From Botryllus schlosseri (taxonomy: Eukaryota), in the NCBI GenBank assembly GCA_051294905.1, contig CM119372.1:33916001-33980000 (forward strand): 64,000 bases of DNA, given 5' to 3'. The position numbers and the translations under genes were made by a program. A model generated the notes under the pieces. It worked only from the letters and a program-made list of their open reading frames with translations. It had not been told where the DNA came from and searched no databases. Below, one piece after another: positions 37,951 to 50,573 of the stretch (positions are counted from its first letter, which is position 1; the number at the start of each line of letters is the position of its first letter).

Positions 37951-38499
37951 TCGGCCTGGTGTAAATTACAATAGTAGTCGACAAACACCATGAATACCAC
38001 AAAACAAACAAATGGGCCAGCGTCCAACGGCAGTGAACGGCTTGACTGACGTACGACAGTGCCTCTCTTGTACAGTACACCGGTAATTGATCACTTTTGT
38101 TTCTGTCTCCAAAGACTTGTAAATTTATCGAATCATTCCTGCACGTTACGTCGAATGGATATGAATGAATATTTTAGGCTACTTTGAATTACATAGGCCT
38201 ACATATGTAAATACGAATTATTTCCTCAAATATTTCGCATTATGCACAAATCATGTCATATCACAAAGATAGCCTACTACAAAGACTTCAATCCATATAA
38301 TACCCAAAACGTCGTTACCAATACAACTGTTGGTTCAGATGCAGTAAATACCTACTTTACACGGGGAACACTGAATGTAATTCGAGAGAATATGAGACAA
38401 AGAAGAGTAAAAAGTCTGAATATGACGAAGCATGAATTTTATGGAAGTACACTTGATCTCATAAGGAACAAGTGCATTTAACACAAATATAATTTGACG

Positions 38500-41400
38500 T
38501 GAAAGCGTAGAAAAAATGTGGAAAAGCCAGGAGATGGGGTTGAGCTCTGTGAAGTAAATCGAACCAAGTGTGGAACACTTGCATGGCAAGCGCCATGAAG
38601 CTACACTATAATCAAATGGAGGCACCAACTGAACTTCTTCCAGGGCTGAACGTCATTTCTTGGCAATTTCAGTGGACGGGGGAGAGTCTGAAGACGAACA
38701 CATCGATTACCTCCTTACTATCTGCGAACGCCAATCTATGAAAAGAAAAGAAAAGATCGTCGAAGGATCACAACTGGGGTTTTCTGCGCCGACACGGGAA
38801 GCGTCCTCAAATTGAAAAACGTCGTAGAAACCTAATACCCGCCAAGCTGGGAGGAGCGGCAACCTATAGACATGAAACTACGTAATATAGGTGACTCCTC
38901 CCACGTTGACTCCTTAGTAATAATCAATATCGACGGACTGTCGGCTCCATTTGCGATCGAGAAAGGAGACCTCTCGATATTGTAGGTCTAAAATGGATTG
39001 ATCATGTACAACAATTACCAAACATAGCGACTGAATTTGAATCTCCGCCTAATGCAAACGAAGAGTTGTCTTTAGTAACACTTCATGACGAGATCTCGTG
39101 TGATCAGCGGGACGGAACCAAAGTCGGAAGCAGTCTTCGCGACACTGTAACCGATGATGGGTTGATGGAAGCTGCAAATCAAATAAGCGTCGAGTCGGCA
39201 CGTTGTCTGTGTCGCCGCAGGCCGTTGCCGCTGGCGCAAGTGTCGAGATGGTAATCACCACTGGCGCGAAATGTGTCGAGTCAGGAATCCCTGCTGGCAC
39301 CAATCATAAATACGCCGATCTTACGACGGCAACTGTCTTACCTTCTTTCCCAAAAGGTCAAAAAATATGGGAAATCCCTAGTGTTGGGTCAGGTAGCCCC
39401 TGCTGGCACTAGTCGAGAAAGTGTCGGGTCAGTTAGCACTGCTGGCACTAACTAAAGATGTGTAGAGTCAGGAATCCCTGCTGGCACCATTAATGAAGAC
39501 GTCGAGCGCGGAATCCCGGCTGGCGTAAATAAGGACCTGCACGAGAAAACTGGTCCTAAATGCTCTCGTGGATGCACTTGTCCGAATAACTGTAATGATT
39601 CGGCACATAGATGCATGACGACAGCCACAGTCATGAGTACTACCCCAAAAGGTTCAAACAAAGCAGCTATTGCCGGTCAACCGGATACACGCCCGGTCAT
39701 GTCCGGCAAGGAGTCTGGGGATTTTAAGATGCACGTCTCCCCAGAAAGGGGCCCCGGCGGCGACCGAATCCGCCGGCGTGACGGTAGGCGTGGGCACACG
39801 CCGAGATCAGAGGTCAGATTGAATAGGTTGGGAATCCCCGCTGACAACGAAGAACCTCGCCCTCTCTCCACCAACACCAAAACCCCGTTCATCACGAGAT
39901 TCGCATTGGGCCAATAACTGGCCCGATTACTATGTAGCCTAACCTTACAACAAGACACCAGTCCCAGCGTGAAGACGGAACTCGAAAGTCTCTGTGCACA
40001 ATCGGTAGCACTGGCGAAACTGTCATACAAACCTCCTGACTTTTGACTGGCCTAGAAAATATCGCCATTCCTGAAGGAGTCTTGACAGCTGTTTATGATC
40101 CATTTGCTTCCGAACTTGATAGCCTGCGGTTCCAACTCAGCGCCCCGCAATCCATGAAATACCAATGTGACATCGGACGTAAGGACCCATCGACTAAGCC
40201 TTTCGTTTCTGGCCCTTATAACCCGACGCGGGAGGGTCAGGCGAAGGCACTAAAGGAAGCAATAGATATAATACCTTACTTTGGTATTATTGAACAAGGT
40301 TTTGCCGAATGAAAATTGGCTATTTTTGTTGTTCATGAGAAAATGAATGAATTACTACAAGACAAGGCGAGTCGCACTCGATAGTAGCTAGACGGACGTC
40401 AGAGGTAAACCCCCATCCCAAGAAGTGTACATGATCGCTTACTACAGTCCGACGTGGGTAACTCCAGCGGCGAAAGACTATGATCCAAGCACTACAGCGC
40501 TGAAACATCTGCCACCCCTAACAATACAATGGCGGATGAAAGCGAGGCTGGTGCAAGTAAAACGATCGAAATCGATGGCTAACAAAAAGGGGGAGTATAA
40601 AACTGTCAAACCAATTGATGCGACTTATGGGAAGTAACAGTTGCAAACTCTTCGCGCACGAAACCAAACCGACGGAACGACGAAAATCATTGGTGAAACA
40701 CCTACAACGTCGCGAGTGCATCCGGTCACCACTGCGAAGGCTTTGCAGAACTCCACGGAAGACGGCAGGACCGACATCGGAACGGACTACCAAAACCCGG
40801 ACCACAACCGTAAGGTAAGTACCGAAACAACTGTTTTGTATTCAACAGGAGACGACAAAGACGACTCGTCCTCGAAGAGTGTCGAACTAATGAATACTAC
40901 CTTGGAGTCAACGATGGCTAACGCATCACCACTGCTTGGGCAGAAAACCCGAAGTTTAGGAACACCCGCTCCTGAGTATTCCAGAATATCAAGAACCACC
41001 GTGGGGAAGACAACCACAGATTTCGTTGACTACAACTATACTCGATGGCTGCACGAACTGGTGATGATGGAAGGTGGATATAAGGTAAGAGAATTATCCT
41101 TGATCGATAGGGTTATTATGGAAGGTGCAAAGCTGATACCTATCATGGAACCAGTGGTTGTAATATTGGTGGTAACAGGGTTGATGGCTCTGGTGATTGA
41201 GTTATGGGTAGGTTGTATAAGGTGTCGTCGACGTAGAACCTTGAATCTTCCGAGGAACACGAGGAGACGTAACGGAACAAGTCAATGGATGGCGATAAGA
41301 GTAATACGGAACACAACGGAGAATGACTAACTCCGAAGGTAAGAATTGGTGTTTAAGATTTAGATGTAAATACGGGATTTTCATAGTTTGTTATAGGGAA

Positions 41401-41800
41401 GTAATGAAGTGTAACGTTATAATTTTGGTAAATCGTTAAGAAAAATGGTGATAGGTATCATGCGTACAAAACAAATCCTTTGGCGCATCGTTTATGATGA
41501 GTCCCAAGCACTCCGTGTTTCACGTAATGGGCGTTAAAGGAAAAAACTGTGAGTCATGGTAAGATAGCTATGTAACGAAGCATAAATGAATGGCAGTGCA
41601 TCGTTTATAATAGGTATCAAGTGAATTATTTTACGTAATGGGCGTAAACGGAAAAAACTGAAACCTCGCAACTAGAAATCTGTTGAGTAATGAAATATCA
41701 ATTCGAGAGAACAATAAAAGAAAAAGGTTGACGTGTGAAAAGATTGAGTCAATAAGGTGATTACCATGAACGGGTAATGTTGGTGTATAGTGCACTAGTT
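38500..41800 (+). mobile_element. Decayed Ty3/Gypsy LTR retrotransposon remnant (protease, RT start, env-like frame)
   Basis: VIINIDGLSAPFAIEKGDLSIL (~38917-38982) resembles an aspartic protease with a lost DTG; KPFVSGPYN..ALKEAIDII..GIIEQGFAE*KLAIFVV (~40195-40335) resembles the Gypsy RT N-terminus. LTRs not identified; boundaries approximate. Confidence 0.6.
40425..41330 (+). pseudogene. Env-like type I membrane glycoprotein frame (one internal stop at 40635-40637)
   Basis: ORFs 40425-40637 and 40641-41330 are in the same frame; S/T-rich region with sequons NQT, NST, NTT, NAS, NYT; hydrophobic PVVVILVVTGLMALVIELWVG followed by CIRCRRRR. Confidence 0.55.
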
Positions 41801-41859
41801 CCCAACTGTTTCATTTCCTCTGTCATTTCACGATACAGACTAATGTTATTTATAATCGC

Positions 41860-42308
41860 TAGGGCAAGTTTTTGCAACTTTTGCAACTTTTTTTACAGCT
41901 ACCGGCAGCTTCCTAGATACTCGTAAGATATGTAGAATGCTGTTTCAAGCTGTTCGAAGGAATCTTATAGTGCAACTTTTTGCAACATTTGTCCGATTAT
42001 TTTCATGCAACTTTTTGCAACATTTTGCAACTTTTTCGATTTTCCATGAAAGTATTTTTGATTTTGGTGAAATACACGGCCGAATTAGACTGAAATACCG
42101 TAAATCAGCACTGAAGTCACGCTCTTACGGGTATTTCGGGAGCTGAGCCGGAAAGTTGACAATTTTTTTTTAGTGGAACTGGGAAGTTGACCTTTTTTCT
42201 TTTTCTTTTTTTTTAGTCAACCGAGCAAAATGTGGTCTTTTAGTGCAACTAATGTGAAAAAATAAATGCAACTTTCCACTGATTTAACTGCAACAAAAAC
42301 TTGCCCTA
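41860..42308. mobile_element. hAT MITE (TAGGGCAAGTTTTTG, TGCAAC repeats)
   Basis: TIR TAGGGCAAGTTTTTG / CAAAAACTTGCCCTA; flanks ataatcgc / atattcac. Confidence 0.8.
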
Positions 42309-43765
42309 ATATTCACCCAAAATATACAGCGCTAAAATTGCCTAAAAAGGCTGTACACCAGATTTGGCTCGATTTTTCCAACCAGCAGAAGCCGAAGCAG
42401 AGCCAATTGCAATTTTTGAATTTGAAAAAAAGATTGAAGTAAAATTTTCAAATTTGACTGTCGACCCCATGAAATTGTTAAGTTGTCTACAAAAACGATG
42501 CAGAATAATTTTAACGCAATTCCAATCCGTAGAAGCGAAGTAATTGACGAGTTTTCATCATCACTATTCCTATATTCATTCGATACAATATACAATACCG
42601 TTGGGTTATATTTTTCATCTGAACAAGTCACACACAATGTACAATGCGATAAGACACAAGGCGATGTCATTAACAGATGGAGGATGTCGAACGACACGCA
42701 TCAGTAGCGTTCGTTTACTCTAACATCCACATCGGCCCAGAGTGCCCGATATCACAGTTTTTTCCGATGTTGACCTTTTTTTTTGAAGCCGTGGCCCTTT
42801 CTACTAGTCCTTTCCATTCCTTGTGAGTGCTTTCTTTCGTCGGGTCTTTCTGTTTTTTTTTGTCGCCGTAAGAACGGCAACGGCGGGGGAAGAGGAGCCC
42901 AGATGAACCTCCGACGGTCTGTCAGATTGGTGGGCGCTTATCGTTACCGCTACGCTATCTGCCCCGCCAATATAATTCGATATAATTCTGAGTCCGGTTC
43001 TGTTTTCGTGTGTAACACCCTTTACGGCCATGTGGGTGTGAATGCACACGCTTTTCGATAAAAGTGTGACAATCCCCACAGCTCACAACATTAGAGATGG
43101 CCTATATGTTTCACTCCTGTATACAGTCAATATGCAAAGCTTTGTGACGTGATATTGATGGAACAATGTGTTCATACCTCATTTTAAAACCCGCTAGTAG
43201 GCGCTAAAGAATGTTCGGGATTTGAGCCACAAAAATATGGTAACCCTACCCTATCCATAATCTCTATTGCAACCAGATGTGGCCAAGTCGCCGTTAGTAG
43301 GCCTACACAAGTGAAAGTAGATCTAACGTTGTAAATGTTTGCTCAAGTGAAAGTAGAATTTAAAGTAACTGGAATTAAGTAATCTTACATAGGCTTAGTT
43401 TTGACTCAACTGTGAAAACTCGAAAACTGGTAAAGTGTTAATTAGAATGTCAGTAAGTTAAAATCGTAACCTCCGGACTAGGCTAAGTAGTGCAAATAAG
43501 CAAAACTTGCAAAACCTACATGAGTACAAACGAAAAGTAGAAATACTTCGTTACTGAACACCTCTGAATGCAGCATACGCGATTATGTGCTCATTTCCGA
43601 ATGTATCAATCGAGTGTGAGTGCGTGCGCCCTACAGCCAATAAAACTATCCATGGTCGTAACCAAGTCACAAGGTTCCGAGTCAATCTCACTTTTATAGT
43701 TTTGACCCGAGTCAAGTCGAGTCCTTTGCAATTCACCACCGAGTCATGTCCGAGTCCAAGTCAGT

Positions 43766-44151
43766 TAGGGTTACCATACGCTCCCTTGGATTTTTCAAAA
43801 ATGTCCTCGGAGGACGCTTAATGTTCTGTTTTTTGAGAATTTGTCATCTTTTTTGAAACTTTAGAGTAAATGTACGCGGAAATTGGACTGAGACATAGGA
43901 AATCAGCGCTCAAGTAACGGTCCGGCGGGTTTTTTGGGACTTGAGCTAGATAAATGACCTTTTTTGTATTAGTCAACCAACGAGAAATCTCATAGAAAAC
44001 GTCGGTATATCGGGAGTTAAGCAGGAAAGGTGACCTTTTTTTAGTCAACCGACCACAAACTCGCGACAAATTTTCCATTTTTCGGATTTAACTTCGTCTG
44101 AAAATTTTGAAAAAGTGTCCCTTCTCAGATTCACAGAATAGGGTAACCCTA
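43766..44151. mobile_element. hAT MITE (TAGGGTTACC) nested in a GAGTC-repeat MITE (~43655-44230)
   Basis: TIR TAGGGTTACC / GGTAACCCTA; perfect TSD AAGTCAGT. Confidence 0.9.
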
Positions 44152-44764
44152 AAGTCAGTGAGTAAATGGTCGAGTCCGCGTCATAGTGTTATGACTCGAG
44201 TCCGAGTCCAAGTCATTGTGTTTTGTGTTCACTGTTCAGTTTTGAGTTCAATCGGGTTCAACCCACATTTGTCAACTTTGCTCCAATGATATAGAACAGC
44301 GGTTCTCAACCTTTTTTGAAACGCGCCCCCCTTGGCGATGGTCAAAAACTCGCGCCCCCTGGCCCCCCTTCATTTATCGTCATGTCAAAAAGAGCAAGCA
44401 TATCATCTAATACAGAGGTGGGCAACCTTCCTGCTAATCATGGCCGCATTTCGATTACTTGAATCTCGAAGAAAAATTTCAAATAGGATAAATGTGCTTA
44501 AAACTAATATTATTTATGTGTATTTACGAAAAAACTTTGAGCGTACTTCAAGCATTCAAAATCCTTGACAGTTGGACATTTTTTAGAATTTCATCCTCCC
44601 AGACGCAGTTTTTACGGTGAAATTTTGGAGATGTCCGTGAAATTCCGGACGTATGGCAACCCTAGTTTTGTACCATGTTTCTAACTTTCTGTAATCGTTG
44701 CTGCTGTCCGGTGTAATGAATTTAGTCATGTCTAGATGCTGAAAAATTTGAGATTGAAATAGTA

Positions 44765-45100
44765 ACCGATAAGATAGCGTAATGGTTAAGCGTCCGGCTT
44801 CTTGATCGGTAGGTCGTGGGTTCGATTCCCGGCCGGGTCAGACCAAAGACCTGATTAGTAACACTGGTATCCATGGCTTCCCTGCTTGACGCTCATGCAT
44901 TACTGGGATGGATAGCATGGAGGAATGGTACAAGACTTAGAAAGCCGTAATGGCTATATCTGCACTTCCTTGTCCAGCGGCTCATGCACCCAGTGTATGC
45001 ATATGCGCAGATCGTGTGTATGCTGTAAGTTTATCATGAGTCGGTGTATATGCCGAAAAAACATCGAGGACAAAAATAAACTACGTCCTTTCCTTTCCTT
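44765..45100 (+). mobile_element. tRNA-derived SINE family 1, full-length
   Basis: A box TAGCGTAATGG, B box GGTTCGATTCC, central GGGTCAGACCAAAGAC...CTTCCCTGCTTGACGCTCA, tail CCTTTCCTTTCCTT. Confidence 0.9.
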
Positions 45101-45282
45101 AACGCTGCAATATGGCCTCCACCTCAAAGCCCCCTAGGATGCGGTAAATTTTTGGTGCCTTGTTTATACGTAAACATTGGTGTATGCGAAGCAGTGTTTG
45201 GTTCAACTTATCGCTGTGAATCAGCTCATCAAAAACAAACACAAAACACGACTCACTACTCAGAATTACAGTGTCGAGTTAC

Positions 45283-46579
45283 CAGAGGTGGTCAGTAACG
45301 AAGTAATTCTACTTTTTCGAAGTACTCAAGTAGTTTTCCTCCACTTCTGGTACTTACTCAAGTAGATCTGATTTTCGCTACTTCTACTTCTACTTCTTAA
45401 TATTTTGTGATCTACTTACTTACTTTTCGCTATTTTCAGTTTGTCAAGTAGAAGTAGTTCAATCTTCCAATCAGGAAGATAGCCTGAGGAATTTCGGAGC
45501 TGTTTTCACGGAGTATTAACATTTGATTTTCATAAAAGTTTAGTAAACACAGAATTTTCGTCGCGCTTCGCGCGCAGTGGATACGGAGTGACCAGTATGA
45601 TTTCACGAAAGTATCGGTGAATATAATTTAGGTGGAGGGTTGGCGTGGTTCCGTTCACATCACATTGTCGCCCTTCGCCCATATGAAATAATTCATCACA
45701 CTATATATGGCTCATCCTAACGTTTGAAACTGATGTTTCTCAATCTAGCATTTTCTTGTCATATCGTAATCTAGCATATATGTCCATGGCGTGTCCTAAT
45801 CTGGAAGAGTAGACTTTGACTTTTTTTAATTTTAGAGCTGGTTTAGCATACCACCTTTGAAACTTTCTGGACTAAAAACATGAAATACATATTCTGGTTT
45901 TAGAAGTAGTATTTATATATTTCACTTTCAATTCCCAGTATCATATACTTTGAGTTATAATTAATATCAGTTCTTTTGTCCGGATAACATACATGTTGAA
46001 GTATAAAAGTAAGTGCAGTAATGCCTTTAATTTCTGAAAATAAAGCTATACACAATATGGCATTTTTACGGTCCACCGTATTTTTTATTAACGTTTACTA
46101 ATCGCGCAAAGTGTTTACACCGTATCCTATACAACTTCTCCGTATTGCTCTTCGACCAAACTAAGGGCCTTATAATATGAGGTATGGCGCCATACCATGC
46201 TATTTTCCAAAACGTGCTGTTCGAGAAAACAGATGATTAGCATCGCATTTCCTTATCAATACTATCATTTTTATCCCATGATGTGGACGAATGCTTATGC
46301 TATCGAAAATTGGATACCTGCTGGTATGCATCAATATGAATCAAGCTCGTCACCTATCACATAGCTCAATTTGCACCTTTTTATAGTCCATCCAATCAGG
46401 ATCGTTTTCACAACTACTTACTTACTTGAGTACTTTTAAAGTCAGTCAATTCTACTTCTACTTCAAGTAGTTTTAGGTTGCTTATGAAAGAAGTACTTCT
46501 ACTTGTACTTGAGTTGATTTTTTCGGCGCTACTTCTACTTCTACTTGAGTAGCTTTCTTGACTACTTTGACCACCTCTG
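45283..46579. mobile_element. hAT non-autonomous family B, complete
   Basis: TIR CAGAGGTGGTCA / TGACCACCTCTG; perfect TSD CGAGTTAC; colinear with 50574-51859. Confidence 0.95.
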
Positions 46580-46606
46580 CGAGTTACATACCAGAGTACA
46601 GTGCAC

Positions 46607-47567
46607 CAGTGTTGGGATGACTCGAGTCATGACTTGACTCGAGTCAGACTCAAGTCACCTTTTTCGTATGATTGATTTGACTCGAGTCACTTTGCTAAAA
46701 AGACTTGACTTGACTTGACTCGGCGTATCAGAAATGTGGATTGACTGGTGACTCGGAGCAAAATTCACGAGTCAATTTCGAGTCATCAAGCAATCGATGT
46801 AAATAAAAATCATTGTGTCTTGCATATGTTCGGATTGTACGCGAAACGCTGGTGTAACCCGTGAGAGCGACCAATCATTCAAAGATTGTGCTTTTTACTG
46901 AACCTCCATTGTCCTCACACAAATAAATTGATCGGAAATGAAGTGATCGAAGCTTACAGCTTACGCTGTCGTAAACTAGTATAGCAAAGTAATTTAATAG
47001 CAAAATGTCTATTTCTGTTCTTTGTTCTTAACTTAACCAAACTTGTTTTATTGAAATTGAATTATAATATAGTATATATAGTCCTTAACCATTAGCGCAG
47101 GTCCGAATCAATTTGTAACTGGGTACTGTATTGTATCTTATCAATCCGTTTCTCTATTCTCCATTTTGGCTGGTAACTATAATTCGAGGCTATGCCATTA
47201 CTCATGTAGTTTAGCATTTCTACGTATATGTGAGCAATAAAATGCCTTTTTGCGTTTATATTTAACTCTATATTCGTTCATTAGTCCAGAATCAATGACC
47301 ACTCAATCTTTATTTCTGACAGCTAGCAAAATGGAATGACGTAATCATGCCTTATACTTCGAAAAGGCAACTTGACTTGAATTGTGACTTGACTCGTGAC
47401 TTGACTTGACTTGACTCGACTTGACTCGAGTCACCTCCAAACATCGAGTGACTTGACTTGACTCGAGTCCTCTTCGAAAATCGATTGACTTGACTTGACT
47501 CGAGTCAAAATGTGCAATGACTCGAAATGACTCGTGGCTCGAAGGTAGTGACTTGATCCCAACACTG
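46607..47567. mobile_element. hAT MITE (CAGTGTTGGGAT / GACTCGAGTC family), complete
   Basis: TIR CAGTGTTGGGAT / ATCCCAACACTG; flanks cagtgcac / cagcgcac; (GACTT)n and GACTCGAGTC arrays at both ends. Confidence 0.92.
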
Positions 47568-48859
47568 CAGCGCACTAGTTGATCGCATGCAATGCCAGGC
47601 TTCCCACTGACTGATATAGAAACATATAACATGACGTCCAGTCTAAAGTGTGACATGATTTATTTCGAAATTTGAGTTGACTGTTGTTGAATAAGTTACA
47701 CAAACACGGTGCAAAGTAAGTCATGATTTCTTAAAAAATCATGGTGGATATCTAGTTGAAATGAGATGATTTGATTTAAAGGACTATCTGCGAAGTCTTA
47801 ATGCAAGGTGATTCCTTATCAGTGCTATGAATATCACAGCGCAAACTCAGTCTGGTACGGGTAAACGTCGGAAGTAAATGGTAGCCCGTCGCTTCAATCA
47901 GTACCCAAGACGTAGATCTTGGTAGCAAAAAGGTTGGTGACCCCAGATTCAGAAAAATGAATCAAACCGCATTCATATGTATCAGAAAACGATATGTTTC
48001 TAGTATCGGTTGAACCGTGGAGATGCGCTAGTCCTGGGCTGTGCAGTCCGGTGTTTCGGAGACTATAAGGCACCGACATTTCGGTTTCGCTGGGTTCGCG
48101 CCGCTAGATCCCAATAGGTAAAAATTTACCACAGCATAGGAATCCGCATCATTGGATACAAACGACAATTTATCTAATTTATCTCAACTCTTATTCACGC
48201 CACCGTGCCATTTCAGCAAGTATGTGATGCGTTCCCGCCATTTAGTTCATTAAAAATGTGGTAGATCATAAAATGTTATTTACATTGGATTTTACTTCCG
48301 GAAGATAGAGGAAAAACTGCTTTTAGTTTTAACCTTCAACATTCATGTGATCCGAAAAACGAACTCAAATTCATTTCACGGTGTCAAAGTAATAATACAA
48401 AATATAAAAAGAAATACAAATACAATTTTGATAAAGCAGAAAACATATTTCATGCCAATTGTCGAGAAAGCTTCAACGGAGGTCTGTTAAAACAGGGTCT
48501 GGCGCTCAAAAGTCCAGGACCATACTTTTTCAGGTGAAAACACACCATGTACAGCTGGAATATGATACGATAATTAGATGCTATATTTGGAAACGATAGT
48601 TCCAAACGTTATGCTGAGCCGTATTTCCATGTTATGAAACATGTCATATGGTCTTCATTTCGGTATGAAACAACCACTCGACCACGCAAGTGATATTGAC
48701 CGATACTTTCGTGAGAACGTATTTTCTCGATTCGTACCTATTTCTCGCGAAGCACGACAGATACTCTGGAATTTGTTGACTTTTGTGAAAATTTAATTCT
48801 CGAGAACAGATCTACTTTCTTTGTCTTAGTCTTTTTCCCTCTCATCGAAGTAATATAGT

Positions 48860-50207
48860 CAGGGTTGCCATCGACATGGACCAAAAGATAAGGACAGTCG
48901 AAAAATAAGAGTAGCATTGAAATACGTTTTTCTACGTACTTTGTATTTATATGAGCCGTGGCATATCACATTCCATACTTTTTTGCCAGAAACAATCTGC
49001 TCCAGCAACTCCTTGTCATTAGAAAGTACTTCGTGGATCTCACGACAGCTCAGGTCTAGGTTTAACTTTACTGAGGGCCGAAGTAGCACTTCGTCAGCCC
49101 ACCCCCCAAAAAAAGTTGGTCTTGAGTCTTCAATAGGGAATAAACCAAACTTCTTCACCTCGTTGTGATTAGAGGCGTCAGCCAATATGGGAAAAGGCCG
49201 TACACCAAGTTTAGACAAAATCATTTTTTGAGCGTATGGAGCAATAAATTCCAGTAACAATGCTTGTAGTCTTGGTCCTGGCCGAAGTAAACTTATTTGC
49301 GATGTTGGAATGAGGGAATGTTGGTTTGAACAATTGTGATGTGCAATCATTGGTGAGGAATGATTGCTGGTGTTTGACAGTATGGAATGCCCGGGTACCC
49401 TCAGCAGCGGCAGCTGATTTGTAGTCTGTGGTCGTTGGTGCTGATCGACTAGTGAAAAAATTATTCATCGACTGGCTCGAATTTATAATTGTGACACACT
49501 TCTTGTGCTTTGAGGTATCAATGTGAGTTGAAATAGCGGTCTTTCCTATGGCCTACAGGTTAATGTCACAATTGCAGGTATTTCAATGCGCGAAACACTC
49601 GCCCTTCAAGCTTCGCTGCCTTTTGTATTCTCTCTCATAATCGTAACGAAAAACGTTTTTACACCCGCTCATTTGAACTAATCAGATTTAGCCTTATTAG
49701 TAGTTAAAACTATATGTGCAAAATAATTTAGATACATTTATCAATGATTTATAGCTTTACCACTTTTTAACCCAAGTGTCGACGTCACTGCGCCCTTTTT
49801 TTCACTACGCAACAAATGCTGCATTCCCCACAGCGTATTCTGCTGTAGACTAAACAGAAAAAACCTGGTACTGCTAAAATGAGGTCCGCTGCGATAGCTT
49901 TTGATACACCCGAAACTGCTTTACCACTGTTCACTGCCCTAGCTATCTCACCACTTAGAAGTCAAATCACGCGGTGTATACGTCACGGGAGCTCCTTTCA
50001 TTTATGATGTCATAAAATCTCGACGGAAAAGCATAATTTTATAATATTATCATACAATATAGATACCAGAGGAAAACGATCAAATTTCTGTAGTGGTTGA
50101 AAATAAGACAAAATAAGGACGTAAGTCGAAAATAAGGACATTTCTTAGAAATAAGGACAATTGAGTTTTTTAAGACGTGGCCCTTCAAAATAAGGACAAA
50201 TCTTAGA
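48860..50207 (-). mobile_element. hAT element with internally deleted transposase remnant; one TIR replaced by a 28S fragment
   Basis: Terminus CAGGGTTGCCA with AATAAGGAC subterminal repeats at both ends; peptides AAAEGTRAFHTVKHQQSF..DCTSQLF..SARTKTTSIV and ILADASNH; zinc-finger-like C..CDI...HIDTSKHKK. Confidence 0.8.
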
Positions 50208-50270
50208 CTTCTTTCCCCGCTAATTCCGCCAAGCCCGTTCCCTTGGCTGTGGTTTCGCCAGATAGCAGAC

Positions 50271-50312
<42 letters not shown>
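50208..50312 (-). rRNA. Isolated 105-bp 28S rRNA fragment (pseudo-rDNA)
   Basis: Minus strand reads AGTGACGCGCATGAATGGATTAACGAGATTCCC...GCGAAACCACAGCCAAGGGAACGGGCTTGGCGGAATTAGCGGGGAAAGAAG, a conserved eukaryotic LSU segment; no flanking rDNA. Confidence 0.92.
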
Positions 50313-50573
50313 GGCTTAAAACCAGTTCAGTAATTCCTTAAATACAGTTATTAAGCCATGCAGCAAGGTCTAAAACGGTATTTTCTGTATCATTCCGTTC
50401 TATAAGATGGACGCAATTGTACGGAAGGACAAAAGCGGCTATGAATCCAGCACGGCCTTGTGTGAGTTCATTGTCAATTGTTACTGAATGGTTCGTCGCT
50501 GTTTCACCATAATTTCTGATCCTTGGCATATGGATCAGCTTGGATCAGACGCTCATCTATCCAGGTAACAGTC

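Noticed and set aside
41400..41800. 3' LTR of the Gypsy remnant (TGTAAC starts at ~41410 and ~41570)
   Set aside because: No matching 5' LTR, PBS or TSD could be found.
44765..44840. Functional tRNA genes (also 37745, 55449, 12345)
   Set aside because: A/B boxes are followed by shared SINE bodies and tails; no convincing acceptor stem.
47345..47656. 103-aa ORF with SSQV repeats
   Set aside because: Translation of the (GACTT)n subterminal array of a MITE.
50208..50312. rDNA locus
   Set aside because: Only 105 bp, flanked by transposon sequence.
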